A stretch of 64,000 nt of DNA from Eubacteriales bacterium. GTDB lineage: Bacteria; Bacillota; Clostridia; Oscillospirales; CAG-272. Numbering within the stretch: the first letter of the stretch is position 1; each line of letters begins with the position of its first letter. Where the stretch lies: the NCBI GenBank assembly GCA_045613985.1, contig JAZLCA010000036.1, positions 50,023 to 114,022 of the forward strand, written 5' to 3'. Shown piece after piece: positions 25,142 through 35,205 of this stretch. A program made the translations under genes and the position numbers. Below the pieces are notes generated by a model. That model made no database searches, was not told where the DNA came from, and saw only the letters and a list, made by a program, of their open reading frames with translations.

Positions 25142-26122
25142 TTATCTCTTGGTTGCCTTGATCAGAAGTCCAACCACGTCATCCACCGTGAGTTTATCGT
25201 TGAGTGCCGTGTAGTTGATCTTGATTCTGTGGCGAAGAACGGGAGCCGCCAGGGCGTTGATATCCTCGTAGGATACGTTATAGTTGCCGTTGATCAGCGC
25301 TCTGACCTTGGCGCAGGTGATCAGCGCCTGAGCTGCACGGGGAGACGCGCCGTACTTGATGTACTTTTTGGCTACGTCACTCGCGCCATCGATCTCTGGG
25401 TGCGTCCCTGAAACCAGACGGGCCGTATAATCCAGCACACCGTCAATGACGGGAACGGAAGCCGCCAGCGCTCTCATCTCCAGAATATCCTTGCCGTCAA
25501 CGACTGCCTCTGCCGTCTCGTCCATGGTGATCTGCGTCATCTTGACGATATCGATCAGCTCGTCGTTGCCGGGGAATTTCATGATCAGCTTGAACACGAA
25601 ACGGTCCATTTGAGCCTCGGGCAGAGGGTACGTACCATCCTGCTCGATGGGGTTTTCGGTTGCCAAAACGAAGAAAGGCTCGTCCAGCTTGTAAGTAGCG
25701 TTACCGATGGTCACCTTATGCTCCTGCATGACCTCCAGCATTGCCGATTGGGTTTTGGGGGTAGCGCGGTTGATCTCGTCTGCCAGCACCAGATTTGCAA
25801 AAATGGGGCCCTTGCGGAAGACGGTGTTGAGTTTTCCGTTTTCATCCTTTTCGATGATGTTGGTACCCGTAACGTCCGAGGGCATCAGGTCGGGGGTAAA
25901 CTGAATGCGGGAGAAAGGCAGGCTGAGTACCTTACCGAGCGAACGAACCAGACGCGTCTTACCGACACCGGGAACACCCTCCAGCAGTACGTTACCGCCG
26001 GCAATAATAGCAATAATAACGTTATCAATGATTTCGGCCTGACCTACGACGTCGCGGCGAAGCTCGCTCTTTATCTTAGCGACTTTCTCACTGAAAGCCT
26101 GTACTCTCTGTTTGTTTTCCAT
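25142..26122 (-). CDS. MoxR-family AAA+ ATPase
   Basis: Walker A GVPGVGKT, Walker B LADEINR, ATENPIEQDGTYPLPEAQMDRF. Confidence 0.9.
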   Translation of the reverse strand: MENKQRVQAFSEKVAKIKSELRRDVVGQAEIIDNVIIAIIAGGNVLLEGVPGVGKTRLVRSLGKVLSLPFSRIQFTPDLMPSDVTGTNIIEKDENGKLNTVFRKGPIFANLVLADEINRATPKTQSAMLEVMQEHKVTIGNATYKLDEPFFVLATENPIEQDGTYPLPEAQMDRFVFKLIMKFPGNDELIDIVKMTQITMDETAEAVVDGKDILEMRALAASVPVIDGVLDYTARLVSGTHPEIDGASDVAKKYIKYGASPRAAQALITCAKVRALINGNYNVSYEDINALAAPVLRHRIKINYTALNDKLTVDDVVGLLIKATKR

Positions 26123-26148
26123 GGTTATCTATCCCTTTCTCTCTTGTA

Positions 26149-27600
26149 TTAGTCGTTTTTGTCTTTGTAATACAGATCCGCAAAATACTTATCGATGAAC
26201 TCCTTTTGCTCATCCGTCAGCGGTCTTTCTTGCATTTCGGTCACCTTCTGACCGTTGTATTCGTCGATAACGTCGCCGTATTTGACGTGCGTCTCGTCCT
26301 TGGGGTAATAGATGGCATCGTCGCTGCCGTAAATGACCTCGCCATTGCCTTTACCGCCGCCGCCCAAGATCTCGTCCTCTTTTTCCTCGTACTCGTTATC
26401 CTCCGTCGAAGCTTCTTCGTCGTCGGAATACTTGAGCTCGTCCGGCAATTCATTCCAGCTGATATCGAAAATGCTCATCAGCCCATTCAGCGCATCATCC
26501 GTCGTTTTGCGGTTGATTCCCTGTTGATTCAAGGCTGCGCCGATCGACTCTGCCGCCGTTTCAAATACTCGGGTAAGAGCTGAGCTTGCCTCCTCGGTGG
26601 GTAATCCGTCTGCCGTCTGCGCAAAAGTCGCCAGCTGTGCTGAAAATTCAGCCAACGCCGCATACAGCGCATCCTCCACAGCGACGCTTGCCGTTCCGAT
26701 GGCGACGTCAATAGCGGTAGCAAACTGCTTGACGTCTGCGCCCAGTGTCTCCGTGACAAGGCCCGCCTTGAGCGCTTGGTATTTACTCTCAATGATAGGA
26801 TCCGCCGGCACGCCAATGGCATCCGCCAAGTCTTTGACCTTGGTGTTGCCTGCGCCTCGCATGGCGCGAACGATCGCAGTATAGCTGTTGATCCTGTTGG
26901 TGACCGCATCGATGCGAACCATCGCATCCATGACCGTGCGCTTCATGAGTGATTTGGAATGTACGTATTCCAGATCGACCAGCATCTTCTCCATAATCTC
27001 AACCACAGTTTCTCTGCCGGGCTGTTGCATCTCGGAAGCCTTGACCTCTTCGATCAGCACCCGAACAGCCGTTACGTGCCATTCGGTCAGCTCCCAGATA
27101 TCCTCTTCCCCGGGACCCTCTCCCACCGGTGCCGAGCTTTCGGTACGAACCGGAAGAATGATGGCCGCCGCTGCAATCGACAGGGCAATCACGGGCAATA
27201 CGAGCTGTACCCAAGCGCGGCGATCGCGCAGCTGCTTTTTGGGAGTAGAGGACAAGATACTCTCAGTATCCGAACGTTGCATTTGCAGCATTTCGCCGTC
27301 CTGTCCGCGGAACTCGACCATTGTCTGCACCTTTTCATTCATGTGCAGCCGCTCATCCAAACGCTTGGCAATACGCTTTTCCGTTGGATATTTAATCCAC
27401 AAGGACAACAGCGTTGCCACCAGTGCAACCGCGCCGCCTAAGACGACCGCCCAAACAAGTTGCGGCGTCATTGCCATAAGCTTTTGCACGACCACAAATG
27501 CGGCCGCCGCAAGCACGCCCAAAGCTATGCCAAACAAAACGAATTTTATAATCGTAGCAAGGCGGATTTTCTTTTTTATTTTTTCAAAATTCCGACTCAT
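26149..27600 (-). CDS. Hypothetical membrane protein heading the MoxR operon
   Basis: Two N-terminal TM helices plus one internal TM. Helical Ala-rich exodomain and acidic C-terminus. Start ATG 27600 with GAAAGGAAAG RBS (the track start 27663 has no RBS). Confidence 0.65.
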   Translation of the reverse strand: MSRNFEKIKKKIRLATIIKFVLFGIALGVLAAAAFVVVQKLMAMTPQLVWAVVLGGAVALVATLLSLWIKYPTEKRIAKRLDERLHMNEKVQTMVEFRGQDGEMLQMQRSDTESILSSTPKKQLRDRRAWVQLVLPVIALSIAAAAIILPVRTESSAPVGEGPGEEDIWELTEWHVTAVRVLIEEVKASEMQQPGRETVVEIMEKMLVDLEYVHSKSLMKRTVMDAMVRIDAVTNRINSYTAIVRAMRGAGNTKVKDLADAIGVPADPIIESKYQALKAGLVTETLGADVKQFATAIDVAIGTASVAVEDALYAALAEFSAQLATFAQTADGLPTEEASSALTRVFETAAESIGAALNQQGINRKTTDDALNGLMSIFDISWNELPDELKYSDDEEASTEDNEYEEKEDEILGGGGKGNGEVIYGSDDAIYYPKDETHVKYGDVIDEYNGQKVTEMQERPLTDEQKEFIDKYFADLYYKDKND

Positions 27601-27681
27601 GAAAACTTTCCTTTCAACCGTTTCCGGCCATTCGATCAAGTGCCAAAAAACACTCTTCCACATTAAAAAATAGTTATATTA

Positions 27682-27710
27682 AGTATAACACTTTTGGCGC
27701 TTATTGTCAA
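27682..27710 (-). promoter_or_regulatory. Sigma-A promoter of the MoxR/vWA operon
   Basis: Minus strand TTGACA (27705-27710), 17 nt, TATACT (27682-27687). Confidence 0.65.
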
Positions 27711-27794
27711 GCGTGATCACAGTATTTTCACATAGAAATTCATATTTCCATCATAATTATAAACGCGCGCGAGCGAGAGAAGCAAAAAAGAAAA

Positions 27795-27823
27795 GAGGCC
27801 CGGCGGAAGCACCGCCGGGTCTC
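27795..27823 (-). terminator. Intrinsic terminator ending the protease/Opp operon
   Basis: GC-rich stem CCCGGCGG / CCGCCGGG with extensions. TTTTCTTTTTT on the minus strand. Also has a T-run on the plus strand. Confidence 0.8.
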
Positions 27824-27839
27824 TTTTATTGCGTGGTTA

Positions 27840-28097
27840 TCACGTCATCAAAAGGCGCATCAAGAGGAAGGCCACCGTGATAATACCGAGGGCGACCAAC
27901 ATGGGAACGAACATCATACGAACCGCATTCCAGTAGGTCTGGAAGGGCGTTTGACGCGACGAAATGACCGGCTTGGTCCTCTCTTTTTTCTTGCGCGCGG
28001 AGAACATACCGCCGCTCGTTCCCGACATATCGGCGATCGTGCGCCCATCGTCGATATAAATGACCTTTTCCTTTTTCTTTTTATCCTTTTTACTCAT
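27840..28097 (-). CDS. Small Lys-rich protein with a C-terminal TM helix
   Basis: 85 aa, GAGG RBS 9 nt upstream, TM MMFVPMLVALGIITVAFLLM. Last gene before the terminator. Confidence 0.5.
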   Translation of the reverse strand: MSKKDKKKKEKVIYIDDGRTIADMSGTSGGMFSARKKKERTKPVISSRQTPFQTYWNAVRMMFVPMLVALGIITVAFLLMRLLMT

Positions 28098-28127
28098 GAC
28101 AACAACCTCTTCTTTGGATGGATAGCC

Positions 28128-29246
28128 TCAAACGGTTCCCTGTTCCTCCAGCACGTGGCAGGCAGCAAAGTGTCCCTTTTCGTACTCCTTGTAGGTGGGC
28201 GGCACATGACGGCAGATCTCCTTGGCGTAGGGACAGCGAGTATGGAAACGGCAGCCCTTGGGAGGATTGGCCGGCGAGGGAATGTCACCCCTCAGCACGA
28301 TGCGGTTCATCTTGACGTCGGGATTGGGATTGGGAATGGCCGAGAACAGTGCCTGCGTATACGGATGCAGGGGACGGGCAAAAATATCCTTTTTGTCGCC
28401 AAACTCGACCATCGAGCCAAGATACATGACGCCAACCTTGTCCGAAATAAACTTAACGACAGACAGATCGTGCGAAATGAACAGATACGTCAGACCCATC
28501 GACTGCTGAAGATTCTTGAGCAGGTTGATGATCTGCGCCTGAATGGAAACGTCCAGCGCCGATACCGGCTCGTCGCAAACAACCAATCGAGGATTGACCG
28601 TCAGCGCGCGGGCAATGCAAATTCTCTGACGCTGACCGCCCGAAAATTCGTGAGGGTATCTTTCATAGTAATAATCGCGCAAACCGCACTTTTCCATCAA
28701 ATCCAGTACGTAATCCTTGATCTCTTCCTTAGGCACGATGTTGTGTACCTGTACAGGCTCGGACAAAATACCGCCGACCGTGCTTCTGGGGGGCAAGGAG
28801 GAATACGGATCCTGGAAGATAATCTGCATCTTTTTGCGGATGTCACGCATCTGCGCAGATTTCAGATCGGTAATATCCTGACCGTCAAAAATAATCTGAC
28901 CGCCGTTGGAGGGATACAATTTAAGAATGGTACGTCCCATGGTAGTCTTGCCGCAGCCCGACTCACCGACGATACCAAGCGTTTCGCCCGGCATCAGCTT
29001 AAAGGATACGTCGTCAACCGCGATCAGCTCCTGCAACACCTTGCCGGTGATGGATTTCTTGACGGGGAAGCATTTGCGCAGGTGGCGAACCTCCAGGAGT
29101 GCCTCGGGATCAAAGGGCTGTTTGAGATCTTGCTCGATCTGCGCCTTGCGCTGTGCGGCAAACTTCTCCTGCTCTGCGGCATCATCATACGCGTTCGTGG
29201 GAGCGTCGACGACAGCTTCGGTATTCAATTGTTTCTCGTCAGCCAT
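28128..29246 (-). CDS. oppF: Oligopeptide/dipeptide ABC transporter ATP-binding protein (OppF-like)
   Basis: Walker A GESGCGKT, signature FSGGQRQR, C-terminal oligopeptide-type extension (PPKGCRFHTRCPYA). ATG 29246 overlaps the oppD stop. Confidence 0.9.
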   Translation of the reverse strand: MADEKQLNTEAVVDAPTNAYDDAAEQEKFAAQRKAQIEQDLKQPFDPEALLEVRHLRKCFPVKKSITGKVLQELIAVDDVSFKLMPGETLGIVGESGCGKTTMGRTILKLYPSNGGQIIFDGQDITDLKSAQMRDIRKKMQIIFQDPYSSLPPRSTVGGILSEPVQVHNIVPKEEIKDYVLDLMEKCGLRDYYYERYPHEFSGGQRQRICIARALTVNPRLVVCDEPVSALDVSIQAQIINLLKNLQQSMGLTYLFISHDLSVVKFISDKVGVMYLGSMVEFGDKKDIFARPLHPYTQALFSAIPNPNPDVKMNRIVLRGDIPSPANPPKGCRFHTRCPYAKEICRHVPPTYKEYEKGHFAACHVLEEQGTV

Positions 29247-30408
29247 TTTCGTTCTCCTTATCGTACAGATGGCACGCCACAAAGTGGGTGGGGCTTACCT
29301 GCATCATGCCGGGATAATCGCCCGAGCATTTGCCGATGCACTTGGAGCAACGCTCCTTGAAATAACAGTAGTTGGGCATATTGATGGGGTTGGGGACGTT
29401 GCCGGGGATGCTGAACAGCTCGTCGTCGTTTGAATCCAAGGTAGGCTTGGACTTTTGCAGACCGATGGTGTAGGGGTGGCGGGGATCGTGGAAGATCTCC
29501 TGCACCGTTCCCTTTTCGATCACGCGTCCGGCGTACATAACGACAACGTAGTCTGCCATCTCGGCAATGATGCCCAGATCGTGAGTGATCAGCATGATGG
29601 AGCCGTTGATCTTATCCTTCAGATCGCGCAACAAATCCAGAATCTGAGCCTGAATGGTTACGTCCAGTGCCGTGGTGGGCTCGTCCGCGATGATCAAGCG
29701 GGGATTGCACACCAACGCCATGGAGATCATGACGCGCTGGCGCATACCGCCCGACAGCTCGTGGGGGAAGGATTTGTACACACGCTCGGGAGCGGCAATT
29801 CCAACCAGTTCCAGCATTTCCATCGAACGCGCCTTGGCCATTTCCTTGGTCGCGCCGGGAACGTGAATGAAGGTCACCTCATCCAACTGCTCTCCAATGG
29901 TAAAGACGGGATTGAGCGAAGTCATCGGCTCCTGGAAGATCATAGCAATCTCCTTGCCGCGCAGACGATACATTTCGTCGATAGGCATTTGGGCAATGTC
30001 GTAAACCTTGTCCTCTGCGGCAAAGCGGATACTACCCGAATAGATCTGTCCCTGGGGACCCTGCAGCAGGCGCATGACCGACATACTGGTTACGGATTTT
30101 CCGCACCCCGACTCGCCGACGACGCCAACCGTTGCGTTCTTGGGAACGTTGAAGGAGACGCCGTTGACCGCCTTGACGACACCCTGCTCGGTAAAGAAGT
30201 AGGTATGCAAGTCGTCAATTTCCAGAATATTCTTTTCGTCCTTAAGCGTCGTAATAAACTCCGACTCGTCGGCTTTGCGATACTTGAATTTTTCAAGCTC
30301 GTGCATCACCTTGGCATTCTGCTTGGCGATAGCACGGATCTCCTTGCCCGAAAGATATCCTGTTTTGGTTTGTTTTTTCATATCTTTTTTGTTTTGCATC
30401 GCACTCAT
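29239..30408 (-). CDS. oppD: Oligopeptide/dipeptide ABC transporter ATP-binding protein (OppD-like)
   Basis: Walker A GESGCGKS, signature LSGGMRQR, Walker [16 protein letters not shown] overlap with oppC. Confidence 0.9.
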   Translation of the reverse strand: MSAMQNKKDMKKQTKTGYLSGKEIRAIAKQNAKVMHELEKFKYRKADESEFITTLKDEKNILEIDDLHTYFFTEQGVVKAVNGVSFNVPKNATVGVVGESGCGKSVTSMSVMRLLQGPQGQIYSGSIRFAAEDKVYDIAQMPIDEMYRLRGKEIAMIFQEPMTSLNPVFTIGEQLDEVTFIHVPGATKEMAKARSMEMLELVGIAAPERVYKSFPHELSGGMRQRVMISMALVCNPRLIIADEPTTALDVTIQAQILDLLRDLKDKINGSIMLITHDLGIIAEMADYVVVMYAGRVIEKGTVQEIFHDPRHPYTIGLQKSKPTLDSNDDELFSIPGNVPNPINMPNYCYFKERCSKCIGKCSGDYPGMMQVSPTHFVACHLYDKENENG

Positions 30409-31526
30409 CTCCTCATTTTGGGGTCAAGCGCGTCGCGCAAGCCGTCGCCGACAAAGTTGAAGCCCAGCACCGCGATAACGATGCAAATACCGGGAGGTCC
30501 CCAGATATTGAAATAGTTCTGCAAAATGTCGGTATTGGTGGAAATGATATTGATCATGGTACCCCAAGCGGCATAAGGTGCCTTGACACCCAGGTTGAGG
30601 TAGGACAGCGTTGCCTCGTACAGGATCATGCTACCAAGGCTCAAGCTCATCTGCACGATCAGCTGAGGCATGACGTTGGGCACCAGATGCTTGAAGATCT
30701 TGCGGCCCGTGGAATAACCCATGGCCTCAGCGGCTACCATGTATTCCTGCTCGCGCAAGGACAAGATCTGTCCGCGCACAAGTCTTGCCGTACCCGACCA
30801 AGAGAACAAGGTCAGATAGACCATCAACAGGTAAATACGGTACTTGGCATCAATGCCCGCCGAGTCCAGAATGGTACTAATGATCAAAAGGATCGGAATA
30901 CCGGGCAGGCACATCAGAACGTCACAGATACGCATGATCACGTTATCGATCGCCCCGCCGAAATAGCCCGCGATACCGCCCATGATAACACCGAGAACGG
31001 TGATAACGAATACGGCGATAAAGCTGACCGTCAGCGAAATGCGGCCACCGTACATCAAGCGCACAAAAACGTCATAGCCCTCGTTGTCCGTGCCAAGCGG
31101 ATGATCCGCCGACATGGGCGCGCGGAGATTGTCCTTGAGGTGCTTTTCCGTGGTCTGCTTGACGGTGTAAGTCACACCGTCGGAGGTCGTAAAAGTAAAC
31201 TGCGAAGGGGTGTATTCATATTTACCTGATTCGTCGAGTTCGGTCTCGCCCCACTTGCCGTTGTCCGGATCGTAATGGATGACGCCGTACTCGTCCACCG
31301 TTCCCAAATCGGCACAGAGCAAAGGGCCGACAAAGCTGAACAAGAACAGCCCTACGACCATAATAAGACCGATGATACTGAGCTTGGATCGGAAGAAACG
31401 GCGCACGACCATGCGGGTGGGAGACATCAAGCGGACATTTTTGTCCAGCGGCACCTCGGTATCTGCGGGAGTGGCGGAGAGAACTTCTTCGTTCTCGGTT
31501 ACGTTTGCGTTTTCTTTTTGATTCAC
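30405..31526 (-). CDS. oppC: Peptide ABC transporter permease (OppC-like)
   Basis: C-terminus [17 protein letters not shown] start at 31526 preceded by GGGAGGAA (the track start at 31580 overlaps oppB by 35 nt and lacks an RBS). Confidence 0.85.
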   Translation of the reverse strand: MNQKENANVTENEEVLSATPADTEVPLDKNVRLMSPTRMVVRRFFRSKLSIIGLIMVVGLFLFSFVGPLLCADLGTVDEYGVIHYDPDNGKWGETELDESGKYEYTPSQFTFTTSDGVTYTVKQTTEKHLKDNLRAPMSADHPLGTDNEGYDVFVRLMYGGRISLTVSFIAVFVITVLGVIMGGIAGYFGGAIDNVIMRICDVLMCLPGIPILLIISTILDSAGIDAKYRIYLLMVYLTLFSWSGTARLVRGQILSLREQEYMVAAEAMGYSTGRKIFKHLVPNVMPQLIVQMSLSLGSMILYEATLSYLNLGVKAPYAAWGTMINIISTNTDILQNYFNIWGPPGICIVIAVLGFNFVGDGLRDALDPKMRR

Positions 31527-31545
31527 GATACGTTCCTCCCTTCCC

Positions 31546-32538
31546 TTATTCCAATTTGACGCGCGGGTCAACGACCGCATACATCAGGTCGGCCAAAAGC
31601 ACGCCCAGAACGCTCAAAATTGCCAGGAACATATTATATCCCATAATAAAGGGAATGTCACCGCGGTTCATAGCGTCCAGCGCGACGTTACCGATGCCGG
31701 GCAGACCGAACACCTGCTCGGTGATGATCGCACCCGAAAACAGCGAGGGCAAAAGTCCTGCCATGGTGGTTACCAACGGGATGAGAGTGTTGCGGAAGGC
31801 GTGCTTGTTGATGACCTTGCGCTCACCAAGACCCTTGGCGCGGGCCGTGCGGATGTAGTCGGCATTGAGTACCTCCAGCATATTGGTTCTCGTCATTCTC
31901 ATTCGAGCACCAATGCTCAGAATAACAACGGTCAATATAGGGATAAACATATGCCGCAAATAGTCGATGAGCAGGGCAACTCCGGTAGCGGAGCTGCCTG
32001 CCTCGACCAAGCCGGAAGGCGGGAACCATCCCAACTTCATGGCGAACAAATCCTTGAGCACCTGCCCAAAGAAGAAGGAGGGCAAGGAAATACCGATCAT
32101 GACCAGTACCGTTACGATATAGTCACGCAAGGAATACTGGTGCGTTGCGGCTGTAATACCCAAAGGAATGGCAATCAAAAACTCAAAAATCGTTGCGATA
32201 ATGGCGATGGCGAAGGAGGTTCCCATGTGTTCCACGATAACCTGTGTAACGGGCAGCTTATGCACGAAGCTGGTACCAAAGTCAAATTTGACAATGTTTC
32301 CAAGCCACCCGAAATAGCCCTTGAGAATACCCATCAGGCTGTTGTCGCCAAGGCCGTACATCTTGTACATGGCATCCACCGTTTCCTGTGGAACTGTGGC
32401 ACCGCCCTGGTTCATTTGATTGATCTTATCCTGAATGAAATCGACCGGCATCAGACGGATCAAAAAGTAAATGATCATCGAAACGCCAAGCAAAATCAGA
32501 ACGGACAGAGCCAATCGCTTCAGTATATATTTTAACAT
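31546..32538 (-). CDS. oppB: Peptide ABC transporter permease (OppB-like)
   Basis: N-terminus MLKYILKRLALSVLILLGVS, C-terminus VVDPRVKLE, six predicted TM segments. Confidence 0.9.
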   Translation of the reverse strand: MLKYILKRLALSVLILLGVSMIIYFLIRLMPVDFIQDKINQMNQGGATVPQETVDAMYKMYGLGDNSLMGILKGYFGWLGNIVKFDFGTSFVHKLPVTQVIVEHMGTSFAIAIIATIFEFLIAIPLGITAATHQYSLRDYIVTVLVMIGISLPSFFFGQVLKDLFAMKLGWFPPSGLVEAGSSATGVALLIDYLRHMFIPILTVVILSIGARMRMTRTNMLEVLNADYIRTARAKGLGERKVINKHAFRNTLIPLVTTMAGLLPSLFSGAIITEQVFGLPGIGNVALDAMNRGDIPFIMGYNMFLAILSVLGVLLADLMYAVVDPRVKLE

Positions 32539-32554
32539 ATATCAGCTCCAAGGA

Positions 32555-35155
32555 TTACTGAACGAACTCAAGCTCCCAGATACGGTCCAGAGGCGAGGAA
32601 TAAGGATTCATCTCGTTCTCGGAGGGCAGAGAGTCGGAATTGATAACGTTCGAATTGTAAGCGTAAATGACGCTACGCTGATAAACGGGAAGCTCGATAG
32701 CCAGATCCAGGATCTTGCCCATGGCCTTCTCGTAGATCGCAGTACGCTGCGCCTGATCCAGCGTTTCACGAGCTGCATCGATCAAATCCGCCAGCTCGTT
32801 CATAATGGCCTTTTCCTCGGTAGAACCGCTCGTCTTCAAGGTGGGGAAGCCCCATGCCAGCGTGCTGGTGGTAGAAGCGTTCTTGTGGTAAACCTGATAC
32901 ATGTCAGGGTCGATTGCGGAGCCCCATGCAGCAGCCCAGACTTCCAGAGAACCGGTGCTCAGCTTGGTCAGCGCCTGAGTATCGGGAATGACCTCGATAT
33001 CCCAGCCGAGGCTGTTGAGCAGTGCAGCAGCGTCACGGAAGGTCTTGTAGGTGGGGTGATCCTGCAGGTTGGAGCCTGCAATGGTAAAGGTAATGGACAA
33101 GGAAGAGTCGCCTGCAGAAACACCGGCAGCTTCCATGTACATCTGGATATTCTTCTTAGCGATTTCTTCATTGAAGCGGCCGTTGGCCTGAGGATAATCC
33201 TTACCGTTGTAGGTGCTGTGGTTGCCATCGTCACCCTTGGGGTAAGCCCAGCTGACCTTGGACATGGGCCAGTAGATCTGGCTGGCGGTACCGGGACGGT
33301 AGTAGTCGAGCGCCAGAGTGGTATTCATAGCGCACATGATCGCCTTACGCAGATTCAGGTCGGTAACCTTTGCGGCATTGATACCGATATAACCGTAACC
33401 GAGCTGATCCTCGAGCAGATACTTAACGCCCTTTTCCTTGAGCTTTTCCAGGCTGTCATAGTTTTGGGTCGTCAGCTGAGGAGTGATGTAGTGAACCTCG
33501 CCGTTTTCCAGAACGCTGATTGCGTTGGTAGCGGGAACAACCTGGTAACGGATCTTTTCGATCTTGGCATTATTCAAACCGCTTCCGACCGTCTGGAAGT
33601 TATTGTTCGCCTTGAAGTATACGACGTTATCCTTGTAGAAGGTATTACCTGCGGGATTGTCTGCATTTTCGCGGTTGGTTGCCTTGTATGCACCGGCACC
33701 CATGGGAACCGTGATGTTACGGGGAGACTGAATGATATCGGTCATAAAGTCGAAGGAACCCCATTCCACACCGAACTGGTTGTTCTCGATGTTCATGCCA
33801 ACCTTACTGCCCTCACCGTAGTAGTGCTGAGGAGCAACGGCAAATGCAAAGTTCCATACTGCCTTGGGGTCAACGCCCTCAATGGTGATCTGCAGTACGT
33901 CGTACTCGTCAGCAGCAGTAACGGTACCATCGGCGTTGTGGCCGGATGCAACCTTGTAGGTGTTGCCGTTGACGGTGATGGTGCTACCCTTGGTAGCGGC
34001 ATTGTGGCCGAGAGAAACGATACCCTCGATGTTGGGAACCTTAAGCTGACCGTTCTGCAGGTTCTGGTGCAGGATAACTTCCTTTGCCTTTGCGCTGTAC
34101 TCGGTGAGCAGCTTCTGCGCGGTTGCCCAGTAGGTCAGAATGATGTTGAGCTCGGATGCGATCTTGTCGTTGTAAACGTACTCGATCGCTTCTTCCTTAG
34201 TGTCAATGCTGTCGGGATAACCGAGAGTCACGTTGACGATCTTGGACTTATCATCCTTGTTGGTCACGGGATCCTTGGCCCACTCAATGGTAGCGTAGCC
34301 CTCGTGATACATGAAGCAGACGATAGGATTCTGGAAGTTAGCGTTGGACTTGTAGGGCTCCTCGGTGTAAGCACTCTGAGCGGAAACGTAGTCCGACTCC
34401 AGCTCTTCCTTGAACTTCTTGAGGGTGTATTCGTAGTCCTCCAGAAGCTGATTGTTGGTAACCTCTGCGGGGTTGCTCGAAAGAGCGGCCTTATAACCGG
34501 CACTCAAGGAGTGAGAAGCGATGGCTGCCTTCATGGTAGCGTAATCTGCATAGAAGCCGGAAGAGGTCTTGTGCTGTCTGAAAACATTGATCAGCTCGTT
34601 GATACGGGCCTGTGCTCTGGTAGCGGCCTGCGAGTCGATCAAGTCACCCGAATCCGAACCGGAACCCGAGCTGATGGTCTGGTTGCGGTAAGCGGACAGA
34701 CCCTTGATCTTGGTGGAATACATGGTGTTGGAACCGGTGTACACGGGGTCCAGATAAACGTACAGGTTAAACAGCACGTCCTCCATCGTCAGCGGGTGAC
34801 CGTCGGAGTACAGAATGCCGTTTTTCAGAACAAAGGTATATACTGTTTCGTTCTTTGCACTGTCATACGCAGACTGATAGTCCTTTACGACGACAGCCTC
34901 GTTGTCGCCGAAGCCGACCTCGATGGAGCCGTTGACGTACTTGGACGTCAGCATACCGATCTGGGTCATGGAAACGATGGTGCCATCTGCACCCGTAGTG
35001 GAGTAGAAGGGATTGAACAGGCCGTCCAACGCCTCGGACATGATGACCAGCGCGTCGGGAGCACTTTTTTGTTCCTTCTTACAGCCGGCAAAGCACGCCA
35101 CGGTGCTCAGCAGCATAACTGCGCAAAGAAACAGCGAAACAATTCTCTTTTTCAT
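32555..35155 (-). CDS. ABC substrate-binding lipoprotein, family 5 (OppA-like), unusually large (866 aa)
   Basis: MKKRIVSLFLCAVMLLSTVACFAGC lipobox, GGAGA RBS. Family-5-like segments (GYGYIGINA, WGSAIDPDMYQVYH). Operon context with oppBCDF. Confidence 0.85.
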   Translation of the reverse strand: MKKRIVSLFLCAVMLLSTVACFAGCKKEQKSAPDALVIMSEALDGLFNPFYSTTGADGTIVSMTQIGMLTSKYVNGSIEVGFGDNEAVVVKDYQSAYDSAKNETVYTFVLKNGILYSDGHPLTMEDVLFNLYVYLDPVYTGSNTMYSTKIKGLSAYRNQTISSGSGSDSGDLIDSQAATRAQARINELINVFRQHKTSSGFYADYATMKAAIASHSLSAGYKAALSSNPAEVTNNQLLEDYEYTLKKFKEELESDYVSAQSAYTEEPYKSNANFQNPIVCFMYHEGYATIEWAKDPVTNKDDKSKIVNVTLGYPDSIDTKEEAIEYVYNDKIASELNIILTYWATAQKLLTEYSAKAKEVILHQNLQNGQLKVPNIEGIVSLGHNAATKGSTITVNGNTYKVASGHNADGTVTAADEYDVLQITIEGVDPKAVWNFAFAVAPQHYYGEGSKVGMNIENNQFGVEWGSFDFMTDIIQSPRNITVPMGAGAYKATNRENADNPAGNTFYKDNVVYFKANNNFQTVGSGLNNAKIEKIRYQVVPATNAISVLENGEVHYITPQLTTQNYDSLEKLKEKGVKYLLEDQLGYGYIGINAAKVTDLNLRKAIMCAMNTTLALDYYRPGTASQIYWPMSKVSWAYPKGDDGNHSTYNGKDYPQANGRFNEEIAKKNIQMYMEAAGVSAGDSSLSITFTIAGSNLQDHPTYKTFRDAAALLNSLGWDIEVIPDTQALTKLSTGSLEVWAAAWGSAIDPDMYQVYHKNASTTSTLAWGFPTLKTSGSTEEKAIMNELADLIDAARETLDQAQRTAIYEKAMGKILDLAIELPVYQRSVIYAYNSNVINSDSLPSENEMNPYSSPLDRIWELEFVQ

Positions 35156-35205
35156 TTTGCTTTCTCCTTGTAATGTGTTTATAGTTGATTTATTGTTCCT
35201 CAAAA

